This document shows positions 38,414 to 49,817 of a stretch of DNA of 64,000 bases, in pieces (the first letter of the stretch is position 1; the number at the start of each line of letters is the position of its first letter). Where the stretch lies: the NCBI GenBank assembly GCA_964036045.1, contig OZ038378.1:175150001-175214000 (forward strand), written 5' to 3'. A model generated the notes under the pieces. The model was given only the letters and a program-made list of their open reading frames with translations, did no database searches and was not told the DNA's origin. Both the position numbers and the translations under genes were made by a program. Origin of the DNA: Eutreptiella sp. 'Long Island Sound 2002'. Lineage: Eukaryota; Protista; Euglenida.

Positions 38414-38460
38414 TTCATGTACGCATTTCGACTGCCAAAAGCAGTCCTTATCAACCTGTA
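38414..38460 (-). ncRNA. Degenerate minimal type I hammerhead ribozyme in the PLE 3' UTR
   Basis: Minus strand TACAGG-TTGATAAG-GACTGC-TTTTG-GCAGTC-GAAA-TGCG-TA-CATGAA: perfect 6-bp stem II followed by GAAA; three transitions away from CTGATGAG...GAAACGCGTA; stem I only 4/6 paired. Confidence 0.55.
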
Positions 38461-38635
38461 GCCATGTGAGATGAATATGATGCTCAGCATCGCAGGGACG
38501 CTAAAACAGGCATCCTCTTATTTGAAGGTCTAGATTTAGGGTTGACTCCCACAAATCCACCAAATCAAGAGAAATGCAGACAATAGTTCATCAGTTCACA
38601 TGACCGGGACACATTCCCTGGGTCAAATGTTACGC

Positions 38636-40046
38636 CTATACCCGGGTATATAACACATTCAGTAACAGATCCACCAGCTCACGTGTTTCTCGTGCTTCCA
38701 ATTCAGGACGCCGCAGGGTTCTGTTTTTGTGAGCTAACATGATCTTCCTGATATTTAGCGATGGTTTCAAAATTGCATACAGTCGCAATTGCGGAAGCAG
38801 GGGTTTCATATGGTTTTGCACAGTTCGCACAAGCGCAGACCATGCTATCGGAATTGCACTGTGATGTGGGATCCTGACCACATGAATTATATCACATTGT
38901 AGATTCATTGTTCGCTCCAAGTATCTCGATCTCTGCTGCCAATTGATAGGTAATGGGTCAAATGCATATGCAGGATACCCCAGACGTTTCAACGCTCCCA
39001 CAAGAAAGAAAGTGCAGTGCTGAAAATAGATCTGATGAGAACAGATTCTCAAAAATCTAATGAGCTCAGCTTTGATCCAGCTCATCTTGGTTGAGCGAGG
39101 ATGATTTGATGACCAAGGTATATAACAGCATGTATGCGTTGGCTTAAAGTACACTGTGCACATGAGACGCCGCAAACGAATGATTCTCACATCTAAAAAT
39201 TCCACTCCGCCCTGGGCAGAATGGTATAACCACTCAAAGCTCAAATGAGCCGGGTATACAGACTTGAAATAAAACGTCAACTCCGCAACTGTGATTGCAG
39301 GTGGGTGAATGCACATGCCATCATCAATGAAACGCAGCACATATCAATAACGCCAATGCACGGGCGGCGGACTTAACCGTTCATACATCCGAAGGATGGC
39401 GTTTGCCCACTGTGCAGCGCAATTTGTTCCCATCGGGAACCCAATGAATTGCATAAACAGGCCCAGACCTGGTGCTCTAAATAAGATGTGTATAAATATG
39501 ATATGGAACACAAATTCGCCCAGAGATAATGCGGGGTGATATTGCAGGGTACAGAAGGGAAACATTCGAGAAAAGTTTGTGTGGAACTCTGCCGTCAAAG
39601 GCATGTTGAGCCACAGTACAAATTCTCTCTCAGACTCTGTCAAATGTGCTTGCAAATTCGGATGTTTAGTATAGAATTGCATCCAAAATTTGTAGGCCAA
39701 GGAACAGTCATCCCAAGTGAAATTAGTGTACAAATTGGAAAAGTCAAACATGGAACAACGAGGGTCGTTCTCAGCTTGCTGATCCCACAGTTCATTCAGA
39801 GAACGCAACCGGCATAAAAGGTCCGGCGTGTCGCAGTCAATCCGGTCCATTTTCGGGAAAATTGTACCTAACACACCGATCAGTTTGGATGCTGCTGTTG
39901 TTGCCCAGCAATATGAACCTACAATCGGTCTTGATTTCCATCTGTTGTTCATGATCTTTTTCGATTTGTGTGTTTTGCACAGCAAATGAAAGTTCGGCCA
40001 TTTTGGTAATGGATGTGTAGACAGAAATCTCACAATCGTAGCTTTG
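38636..40046 (-). pseudogene. PLE reverse transcriptase (core plus thumb) with one in-frame TGA at 39344-39346; no C-terminal GIY-YIG
   Basis: ORFs 39344-40147 and 38636-39340 are in one frame and read ..HWRY*YVLRFIDD.. Confidence 0.88.
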
Positions 40047-40215
40047 CACCGCGCACCACTTGCGCTCCACTCTGTGCACCTCGCATCGTTTGTGCACTGC
40101 ACACCCAAGGCATTTTTAGGAGGATTTGCAGGGACAAATGGCGTCAAGGTTCCTCCAGCCTCCTCACGGCCCCCTTCACTGCCTCCTCACAGCCCCGAGC
40201 CCCCACTTCTTTTAG

Positions 40216-40576
40216 GGACAAAGAACTCTCGACGCAGCAGTCCCTCGGGGGCAGGGCCAGCAACGTCAGTGCAATCCTGCCCCGCACCGACACGACGACC
40301 CTGAGCCGTCTGGACGACCCACATCGGAAGTCGCTGCTGTTGCACGCCCTCAATTTGGGGCCGGGGGGCACGGGGCCCAGGGACGCGGACGAGGACAGGA
40401 GCTCGTCGAAAACTGCAACCCCCTTCCCGGGGCCCAAGGAGGTGCCGGAGGACCTGTGGCCCCCGCGTCACCAGTCGTCGCAAGTCCGCTGGGAGATGGA
40501 GATGGAGGTGGAGGTGTGCCCGGAGGGGCTGACGAGCCAGACCCCAGCGGTGGCTGCAGCATCCGATGCAAACTTG
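40216..40576 (+). CDS. Giant membrane protein exon 14, cytoplasmic tail
   Basis: TTTAG acceptor, phase 2 join LGKR-DKELS; donor GTGCGT. Confidence 0.75.
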
Positions 40577-42934
40577 GTGCGTTGCCGCAGGGCAGGGCAG
40601 GGCAAGGCACGGCACGGCAGGGCAGGGCAGGGCAGGGCAGGGGAGGGCAGGGCATCGCTTGAAGCGGCCGGGCTGGGGACCCAAATCCCTGCCACCCCCC
40701 GGCCCATTTGACGTCCACGACACACCAGCGTTGGTGTGCTCAGGAGAGACCCTGAACGGTCATCCGTTTCGTCTCAACGGTACTTCGCAAGGGTCTTCAG
40801 ATCCCCCGCAGCGCCACGAATGACTCCGGCGGGTTGAGTGGGTTTGGCGCCGGGATCGTGCTCGGGGACTCGACCGACGCCGGGGGTGAGCCGAAGGCCC
40901 TTAAACCGCCCGAAAGCCTCTCCAAAGGTCACGGGTTCGAACGCGAGGCTTGACACTGAGGCCGGGACGCGCGCCAAGCGCCGTGCGCTAGCGTTTCGGC
41001 GACCGGTCCTCAGACGTAGGCATCGCGCCCGGAGATGTCCCACAACACCGCTCATTCTCAGCACCACTCCCTCAGGGCTTCACTCCCCCGCTGGCACAGG
41101 CGGCAGGCCTCGCAGGCGTGCCACACGAGGGCTGTGAGGCTCGGGCCGCGACGGATGATGTGGGGTGTGTGACACAGGGATCGGGGCCGCGTATTGTACA
41201 CTTCGGAGGTGCGTCGCAGGCGTCGGCCGAACTCTCGCGTTCAGTGTGTCCTCCCGGTCTTGCGCTGCTGCCATCTGCCGTCTCCAGCGCCCCTCGCGCT
41301 TCGGCCCCCTCTGGCACAACGGGGCCAAGACACCTTCCCTGCGGACATTGGCACAGTGGGACACCGGAAGTGGGCGTAGGGGGCGAACTTTAGGCTGCCT
41401 GCAGCCCTGCAGCCGTTGTGTTCATGGGGGCGGTGGCCGCCGAAAGTGGGTGGGGGGATGGGCGCGGGGAGCCAGCCCCTGGGGCGCGCCGCTCCGGAGT
41501 TCTGCCAGGACCTCCCGGATGGGGGTTTCATTTCCTGGAGTTTGACGTGGGAGCACCCGCTTCTCGACCAACCTTACGCCAGTCCTCAATGGAAGTGCCC
41601 GACCCACAGAGGTCTCCTTAAGGGATGGGACTTTTGTTGTAGCTCAAGGAAAGTCCGGTGCTAGGGGCGATTTTTTGCCAAATATTGATCTCCAGTCGCC
41701 GACGGTAAACCGTCAACCGCCGACAGTTGATGGTCAACCGATGAACATTAGACGGTTGTTGGCATACGTCTCGGGGTATTCCATGATACAATGGCCGTTC
41801 TGGCGCCTGCTGCGTCGCACTGGTTTTGGGGCCCACTGAATCGGAGTAGTGCCATTTTAGGACTGCAACACAATGGGACACGATCTCGGTGTCGAAGCAA
41901 GAAAGCTGCCACGACACACAACAATTTATCCCTGTCTCTGAATGCAAATGCGACTACATGCGGGAATCAGTGGAAGCAACAACTGGCGCTGTTTGACCAG
42001 AAGCTTGATGATGAGTGTTACTCTCCGGAGCATTCAGTGCGCATCACACAGCCCGTGGCAAAGCTGTGCCGGCATTTGTTATTTCTGGCCAACATGGCAC
42101 CGCAGGCACGCCCACACATCGCTGTGTTTTGTCCAAATGCACCCCCAGGCTGATGCCGTTTCGACGAGCTGTCGTCATGGGGGAGGCCGTGAATCCATAC
42201 AGTCAGTGCACAAATCGGGGCTTTCAACTAAATGAGGCAAACTGTGGGGTGGGTGCCTTGGGGCTTTCCTCTTCATTGGGCAGGGGGCAGGGTACCGTAG
42301 TGTGGCAGGCCCTTGTGCTAGTCCTGTGCCCCAATGCGATTCCGACTCCGGGCTTTATGCACGGCACACTGTCTTTTACACGCAGACGCCCGGTGGCCGA
42401 TGGTACGACACGAAACCCGCCATCTTCCTCTCAGTATGTGCTTTGCTCGCGGATCTCGCAGATCTGTGTTGCTTGCTCATGGCCTGGGTCATTCACAATA
42501 CCCCACACTTTTGCCCCATCAACCCGAATCCAGGCAATGGGCAGCCATGTGGCTGAGATTTGTATGCACCTTTCAGCAGCTCCGCAACCCCAGGGGGCAG
42601 GCAGCAAGAAACTTTCTGGCTGGTCTTTCTGCCAGCCGTTTTGTTTCCCTGCTTTGGAAAGCATGAATGCCCATTGCCTGCTGTGTTGCATGTGATTTTT
42701 GTTGCCGCAAGTTAGGGATGCTGCGGAACTCTTTGTGCACGTTGATGTTCATGATAAGACTGGCGAAGGGAATGACACAGGACGTCGGGTCGAAGTCTAT
42801 AAGAACCCTTTCCTCTGGTGCAAACGGCGCAACCTGCAGCGCGCAGTTTGGGTAACTATACCACATGAAACTTGTGATTATGCACACATATAAGAATGTA
42901 AGAATACATAAATTGTGCCCTCAGATGCCCTGAA

Positions 42935-43390
42935 GGATCCCCACTGCCTGTTGCCCCATGCAGTGAGGCTTAAGACAACAATCCCCACTGCCCACTACCC
43001 CATGCGGTGAGGTTGTGGACACAAGGAGCCCCACTGCCGACTGCCCCATGTACTGAGGCAATGCACTGCAAGATCACCACTGCCCACCACCCACAGCAGT
43101 GCGGCAGAGTTTTATAGCATCCCCACTGCCGATTCCCCCGTGCAATGGCGCAGTCTAGTGAAGGATACCCACTGCCCAGTGCCCCAGGCAGTGAGGCAGT
43201 GTACTGACGGATCCCCACTGCCCACTGCCCCATGCGGTGAGGCAGTGTGTTGAAGAATCCCCACCACCCACTACTCCATGCAGTGTGGCGGTGCAGCTGT
43301 GTTCTCAAGGATCCCCACTGCCCACTGTCCCATGCAGTGCGGCAGTGTACTGTAGGATCCCCACTGCCCACTACCCCATATGGTTAGGCA
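42935..43390. repeat. Minisatellite (GGATCCCCACTGCCCACTGCCCCATGCAGTG-like units)
   Basis: About 8 degenerate tandem units. Confidence 0.85.
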
Positions 43391-44310
43391 GTGTATTGGA
43401 GGCTCAATTCTTTGATGCTCATTTGTTGTATCATCCCTCAGAGGCCCTTCCTCTTTACAAACCATGTACAGCTGCCCAAAGAAATGCGTGCAACCCCCCC
43501 CCCCCCTATTCACAATTCAGCAGATTGCCCTCACCCTGTAGCATATGCAGCACACAAAAAGCTTGTTTGGGGTGACCTCCCCGCCTCCCCATTGTCTAAT
43601 TTTGCGCAAATGCACTGAATGCAGTGAGTATCCCCGTGTGCGCAGACGCATATGCGGCGCCGTCTTCGATGGTCACGGCGTGTTGAACCTCCTTCAGCCG
43701 TGCTGTGTTCTGTGAGCGCTCCATGGGCACAAAAAACAAAGAAATAGGCGGTGACAAGGAAGTGCCATCACCCGATACGGCCCATGCAGTGGAGGTGGGG
43801 GAGCTCCACAGGGGCATATGCCAGGAAACGAAGCCAGTACGACCACCAGCAGCAACTTCAAGGCGGGTTGGACATGTCCAGCCCGCAGATACACAATTGT
43901 AGATGGATGCGACCTGCAGAAGACTGACGTGGTTTCACAAAGCCACAATCAGCGGAAACCAACTGCCAATTGTATTCACAAAGTTTCACAGTTTTCCGCA
44001 TTCTTCAAGAACCCTTCATACCCCCCACCCCCACCCCCTTCCATGCTCCCCACTGCGTCCTGCAAGACAGGGCAGGGGGGCACTGGTGGCGAGGAGGGAG
44101 TAACCGTGCTGCGTTCACGTCTACGAATCACCCCCCAACGCGCCAGTTTCACAAGACAACTGTTCAACCACCGTCGGCGACCCTCCAACCGCTTTCGATT
44201 ACCCTCGAACTGCTGTCGTCTGCTGCCAAATCGGTGTCACCGTCGGTTACCGCACGAAGATGCACTGTGTCTAGGGTTGCCCACTTTCCTCTTCCTGTTC
44301 TTTTTTGTTA

Positions 44311-45203
44311 CCGGGGGGGCTGGGGGGATTTAGTAGCTGAAAAAACCTGTCTGGAAAAATTTAGTACGCCCAATTCTGGCACAATTTTTCCCATCACTTT
44401 TAATGATTGTGGCGGAATTTTTCCCATACTTTTTTTGGACATCAAGTTCAAATTTTGTACCCTGTGCTGGGGGGGGGGGTATGATCGGGGGAGGGGGGTG
44501 CAGAATTAAATACGTCATGTGGATGGATGGTCTGGTTCGAATCTGTGTTGTCTGCTTGGCTGCTGTGAATGCCGCTGCGATCAACACAGGGTTCTATCCT
44601 TCAGGGCACTTCAGGCTGCCTACCACATGTAGTTGCCAGTTAATAGTGAGCGCAGTGTCAACTGACACTGTGTTCTCTGTAGGTCGCTGTTCGGCAAAGG
44701 CAGCTGCAGCCTAGTACCTGGATGAAGACGTCCACATTCTGTTGCACATCTTTTTCCAGACCGAAACCTGCACCTGCACCCCTGCCTTGACAGCCTGCAA
44801 TGCAACATTTTTTGGTGGACTCCTCTTTGGTGCGGTCAGCTCATGTTCAACGAGACCTAGAGAGGGCTGCACAAGCTGTCAAGGCCAAGCAAGCGCAGCG
44901 CAAATCCAAGGGTGTCGACAAGAAGGACAAATATTGGTTGAAATGGGGCGATGCTGAGAGGCGTGAGTGTGTTGACATTTATGTCAAACGTGACATGAAA
45001 GGCATACAATTACACTACAGCACCCCGCACCCCCCCCAAACCACAATCCCCCTCAGTAAGGAGAGCCGACCTTAGGCCTTGCCCTTCACCATGGAAAAGT
45101 GTGGCGCAATTTTTCGCATCACTTTTAACGATTGTGGCGGAATTTTTCCAGCGCGGAATTTTTCCGGCAAAAATTTTCCCGTACTAAAATCCCCCACCCC
45201 CTG
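44311..45203. mobile_element. About 890-bp Tc1/mariner-pogo-like non-autonomous element
   Basis: Imperfect TIRs C(C/A)GGGGG..GGGGGATTT(T)AGTA; TA on both flanks; about 43-bp subterminal direct repeat at 44382 and 45107; internal ORF 44800-45075 has an HTH-like segment. Confidence 0.55.
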
Positions 45204-45317
45204 TAATTAGGGAGCGCCCTATGCCACTCTCAACCGCAGGAATCTAGTCCCAAAGGTCGCGACGCCAAAGTCCGAAGCCTCTCAAACCCGGAGTGCACGA
45301 CGCTAACTGACCTCCAG

Positions 45318-45821
45318 ATCTCCGACGACATCGTGCTCCCTGACGACGAGAGCCACTTCGTCGTCCCGGCCTCTCCCCCAAAGCCCGAGACAGCCTCTCA
45401 GGAATCCACGGCGCCCGCAGGCGACACCCCGGAGACCGAAACCGAGACGCCCCCGTCCCACTGCTCCGGCGGTGCCGCTGCCGCGGCTGCTTTTACAGAG
45501 GATCCTGATGCCGCACCGGTCCAGAACGCCGTGTCAACCCTGGTGCTGCCCGCGGACGTGCCTGCGCGGCGTTCCGAGCAGCCCCGGCGCGGGGCCGCAG
45601 CGCCGGCCACCCGCGCGACCGCCCCTCAGCCCCCCACCAATCCGCTAACGCGGCGCAGCCGGTCGTCAGGCGAAGACTGTGGCCCCAGACCGTTTGTCGC
45701 ATTTTTGGCGCCGGTGCCGTCGTTGGACGCGGCGCCTGGCGCGGGGGCAGCGCCGCCCGCGGATCCGGTGTTGACGTTGAGACCCTCGCCCGCCGCCGTT
45801 GCAATGATGCCTTTGCCACCG
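45318..45821 (+). CDS. Giant membrane protein exon 15, P/A/T-rich tail
   Basis: TCCAG acceptor, phase 0; GC-rich low-complexity coding; donor GTATTT. Confidence 0.72.
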
Positions 45822-46539
45822 GTATTTTTGTCACGTACCCTTGATACTGTGCACGCGTCTTTACCCAGGGTACCGGATGATGCATTTCCGGGCGTGTGTG
45901 GGTCTCATTGTGTACCAGGCGAGCACGAAATTTATTAAGAATTGATTAAAGATCTGAGTGATTTTGGGCCAAAACACCCAAATGCAAAAAAATTTCAATG
46001 TGAAAATCAATTAATGAGCTGCTTCGCTATGCATCGCAGGAGGATACAAAAAAATATTAATGAGGAAATTTAATAAATTAATTCACATGCTGGGAGGCCC
46101 AACCGTTGTATTCGACTTTCCCCCTCTCCTTCTCCCCTGTTACCCCCCATGACTGTGCATGCAAGTGCATCATTAAGTGGGGTCCCTTCATTGTGGGGGA
46201 CCTAGTCTGTCTACTGTGTACCGTCAACTCCCAGTAATTCTGTCAGGACAACACCCTTTTCGTGCTGTGCACACCACCGCCGCCAAGTGCTTGTGTGAGA
46301 ACGCGGCCTCAGTCCCCAACCCAACAAACACAACCAGCCTGAAAGCACTTCGATGACCCCATACGACAGACACAACGTTGGTTCGGCCCGCCAGATGCGC
46401 ACTGTAGACAACCTGAATGCAGAGACGCGAATAAGAATGGCTCTTTTTTTTTTTGGTCCAGGTCCCCGGGGGGTAGGGGGGGTCAGGAACCATTACTTAG
46501 TTTTGGTTCCCCAGTCATGGCTAAGGGTTTCAGGACCTA

Positions 46540-47485
46540 CATTACGAGTCAGAATGACAGCCCTGGCTGATTTCAAATCTTTTGGGTCTGAGATTTCTGT
46601 GGACAAGGCACTGCGATTGGCCCTGCGCTATTTTGCAGCTGCCCATTTATTGGCCTGTCCATCAGAGCGTGCCATTAGCACACTCAACAGAATAGTCACA
46701 ACCCTGCATAGCAACATGACCCGGAAAGCCATCCGCATGCACCTGATCGGAGCAGAGGATCTGTGTGATGTGGGTTATCCATATGATGCCATGGAAACTG
46801 CTTGGGGGGCGGTGAGGCGACAGAGGTGTCAGCACAAGGTGAGAAAGCTGAGGAAAGGACAGGCCACCAAATACAAAAAAGAGGCACGCACACTTCCAAA
46901 AGATGCTCCGTTTTCAAATACAGTTGACCAATGTTTGCCAATGTTTGCAGGAGAAAGCCATAGATTCTGATTCATCTTTGACAGCTGTGGCTACTGGTAC
47001 CTCTACCTCCAGTTCTGGGTCTATTTCCAACTCCAGTTCTAGTCACAGCTCTGGCTCTGGGAAATAGGTCTTTGACTGTCCATGTGTGAAAATGTTTGCA
47101 TTGCATGAAATATTTGCTCTTTCACGGTCACCCTGGTGTATGTGTTCTCAGTCAGCTTCAAATTGCCTTGTTGGGGTGATTGTCCTCGGCTGAGGGTGTC
47201 CTTGTTGCTCTGTGCTCAATACAGTACCAGTACTTGTACTTGGGACCAGTACTCGGGAACCATTACTTCACCACCAACCAGGGAGGGCTGAGGCATTGTG
47301 TGGATTGGCAGCCTTCAGTCCGCATGCCACTGAGCACGAAATTCCCAATGTCACATTGGAAAAAATTTCCCCTGAAAACTGAAATTTATGAAAGGGCCAG
47401 AAATTGGAGGCTGATTTTAGGTATCTGTCTTTGGCCTTGGACCCACCCGTCCTTGTAGGGGTCGACCCCCTAAAGCAATGCCCTG
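46540..47485 (+). mobile_element. hAT transposon remnant: C-terminal dimerisation domain and right terminus
   Basis: LALRYFAAAHLLACPSERAISTLNRIVTTLHSNM resembles the hAT dimerisation motif (LA.r.l....ss...ER.FS); AAGCAATGCCCTG at 47473-47485 is identical to the right TIR of the 8256-9066 element; left end not found. Confidence 0.6.
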
Positions 47486-48784
47486 AATGCACCCAAGGGG
47501 CTGGCGGAAAGCACAGCAGGGGGCCACTTGATTGCCCCAAGAGCAGGGGGGATTGGGTTGCCCCAAAAAACAACACTCGTGTGTTCTCATGGTGCCTTTC
47601 CCGGAACCCTCGTTGAGTTGGACAACTCAAGCATCATTTTCGAGCTTTTCAGGCAAAGGACAACGCACTGGTCATATCCCTTTTTGCTCAACGCGTCTGC
47701 AAGTGAAGAATGGTGAAGCATGTTCATGTTTGGAAGGGGGAATTTTATTGTGTGGTGGAACCGGTGTCCAGTGCTTTTGTCTTTGTGTGACCTGCTTTGT
47801 TGCTTGAGGTCGCTTCTGTCTACCAGAAGTGGGGCAGCAAAGGTACAGGGGCAGAGTGGACTGTTAGTCCGCCCACCATGGCATATGGCCTACATGGAGG
47901 CCACTCCACCATCGCAGGCTTCACACGCATGCGTCCCCACGACTGTGGAATTTGGGAGGTGCTCTCCACAACAACTGACACAAGGCCAGCGGCTTCTGAG
48001 CACTAAGGGTTGCCCGTCAGTGGTGCGCTGCATTTCCAGGCATTGTGCCCTTGGTGTTAGGCGCAATGACCACTCAGGGACGGAAAAGGTCTGTGCACTG
48101 CATAGACAGTCCAAAACAAACACGGAGTCGGGGGGATATCCCTCGTCGGGTCATCACTGCCCAATTAGCAGCGCGAAAATGCAGTACTTCAAACATTTCC
48201 CCTGTGAACAAGGGAAGACAATTTGTGTTAGGAAGGCAAATATGAGACGTCAAGAAAAAAGTGGTGGGCAAGGGCGTTGTGTGCAATGTGCATACATCAC
48301 ACAGGGGCAGAGGGAATTGTGTGAGTTGGAAAAACATCCTGTTTAAGAAGCTTTTGGCAGCGTTTTGTGTGTCACCAAAAGACCAACCCAGTCCCCGGCA
48401 ACCATGTTCATTCTTGTTGGTGTGACAGAATCTATTATTGCAGTTCTGGTTGAGGTTGTGGTTGAAGTTATGGTTGTGGTTCCTGTGAAGGGCCAAGTAG
48501 TAATGGTTGAAGGTTCGAAGGTAGTGCAGAGCGACAAATACTGAGTGCGATGTTGAGTGCCAAAAAGTCCGGTAAGAAAGTTGATATGGATGCTCCTGCT
48601 TCTGGTTGTGAATTTGTTCGTGGTTGTAGTTGAATTGTTTGGGGTTGCAGTTGTAGCTGGGGTTGCAATTGCCGTTGCCATCCCGGGCATCGGGCGCGGG
48701 GAGGGGGGGTCTGGGAGTCAATAAACCCCCCCCCCAAATAGCATACCCCGGGGTACGGTATTTGCCTGACGCTCAATAGGGCCA

Positions 48785-49040
48785 GGGGGGTACACTATTT
48801 GGGGGGGTACACTATTTGGGTGTTTCGCTGTCACCCTCACCCTCACCCTCACCCCCCTTTGCCTTCTCTTTCGTCATAGGTATGCAGCCCTGTCCACCAC
48901 CGTATCCTGAATCTGTTTGTGTTTCGTTTGCTGGTATGTGATGAAACGGGGGTACAGTATTTGGCAAAACGCTTATTAAGCCAAGGGGGGTACACTATTT
49001 TGGGGGGGTACACTATTTGGGGGGGGTACGTTATTTGGGG
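48785..49040. repeat. Clustered GGGGGGGTACACTATTTGG repeats
   Basis: Two pairs (near 48785-48820 and 48985-49020) plus variants. Confidence 0.8.
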
Positions 49041-49315
49041 GGGGGGGGGTTAGTCTCCCGAAAATGGGGGGCGGGGTCTGGGAAAAGGGCTCAATTGACA
49101 ATGACCATTCTTTCCATTGGCGCTGAAGGACAATTTTTGTAATGGTGGCCTACTCAAAAAAGGGAGACGTATGCATCTCCACCATGTTGCCAATGTTTGG
49201 TTCTGCCGAGGGTATGTGTGCAGCGCAGCAGGCTACCCTTAGGGTTAGGGTTGGAGTCACCGACCTTGTGGAACCAACCTTCCTGACCTTCCTTCTGTCC
49301 GCCCTCCCGATGTAG

Positions 49316-49817
49316 GCCTCCGACAGCGAGGGGCAGCAGCTCAGCAACCGGCCAACCAGGCGGGGATTGCTGGACCCCACGCGACTGAAGCAGCTGATTG
49401 CAGGGTTGGACGAGAGTGCGGCGCCCCCGCAGAAACCTACCGTATCCCCACTGCCCGGCAGCCTCTCGGCAGGCCTTGGCCCTGTGGATGGACTGGATAT
49501 GCGGAACGTTGTTTTTGCCCCACGGCCCCACAGCTCCTCTACCAATGTGCTGCCGAGCACGTCGTCGCCTTCGCGCACGAACACCTGCTTGACAGAGGTG
49601 TCCATCACACACGTCTCCATGGCAGAGGCGCTGGACAATGCACAGCTGCATCCGGACCAAATGGACGACGCCAGGACGTTGCCGTCGGCTCCAGCAACGC
49701 TGACAGCGCCAAACACTGCAGCCAGCGCACGTCCGTTGCCGTGGTTGGCCCGCAAAGGCAGTCCAGGCAGCAAAATGTCAGGGCCACGGCTGCCTCGACA
49801 CTCTGCTGTGTTCTCAG
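49316..49817 (+). CDS. Giant membrane protein exon 16, tail
   Basis: Pyrimidine tract then TGTAG, phase 0; donor GTACGC (phase 1). Confidence 0.72.

Larger units (their letters stand above)
38227..40046 (-). mobile_element. 5'-truncated Penelope-like retroelement (Naiad/Chlamys-like RT)
   Basis: RT motifs KTHK..RPIV, FDFSNLYTN, GFPMGTNCA, RFIDD, FLD and VYFKPTH..YIPWSSNHP..RICS; 25-bp direct repeats at 38202-38226 and 40047-40071. Confidence 0.9.

Noticed and set aside
38587-38593. Second CTGATGA (minus strand) in the PLE 3' UTR
   Set aside because: No stem II or GAAA follows it
40870-40950. tRNA-like GGTCACGGGTTCGAA motif
   Set aside because: The T-stem does not pair (ACGGG vs GCGAG) and no cloverleaf forms
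48074-48721. 215-aa minus-strand ORF rich in N/H/C
   Set aside because: Product of low-complexity GTT/GTG repeats
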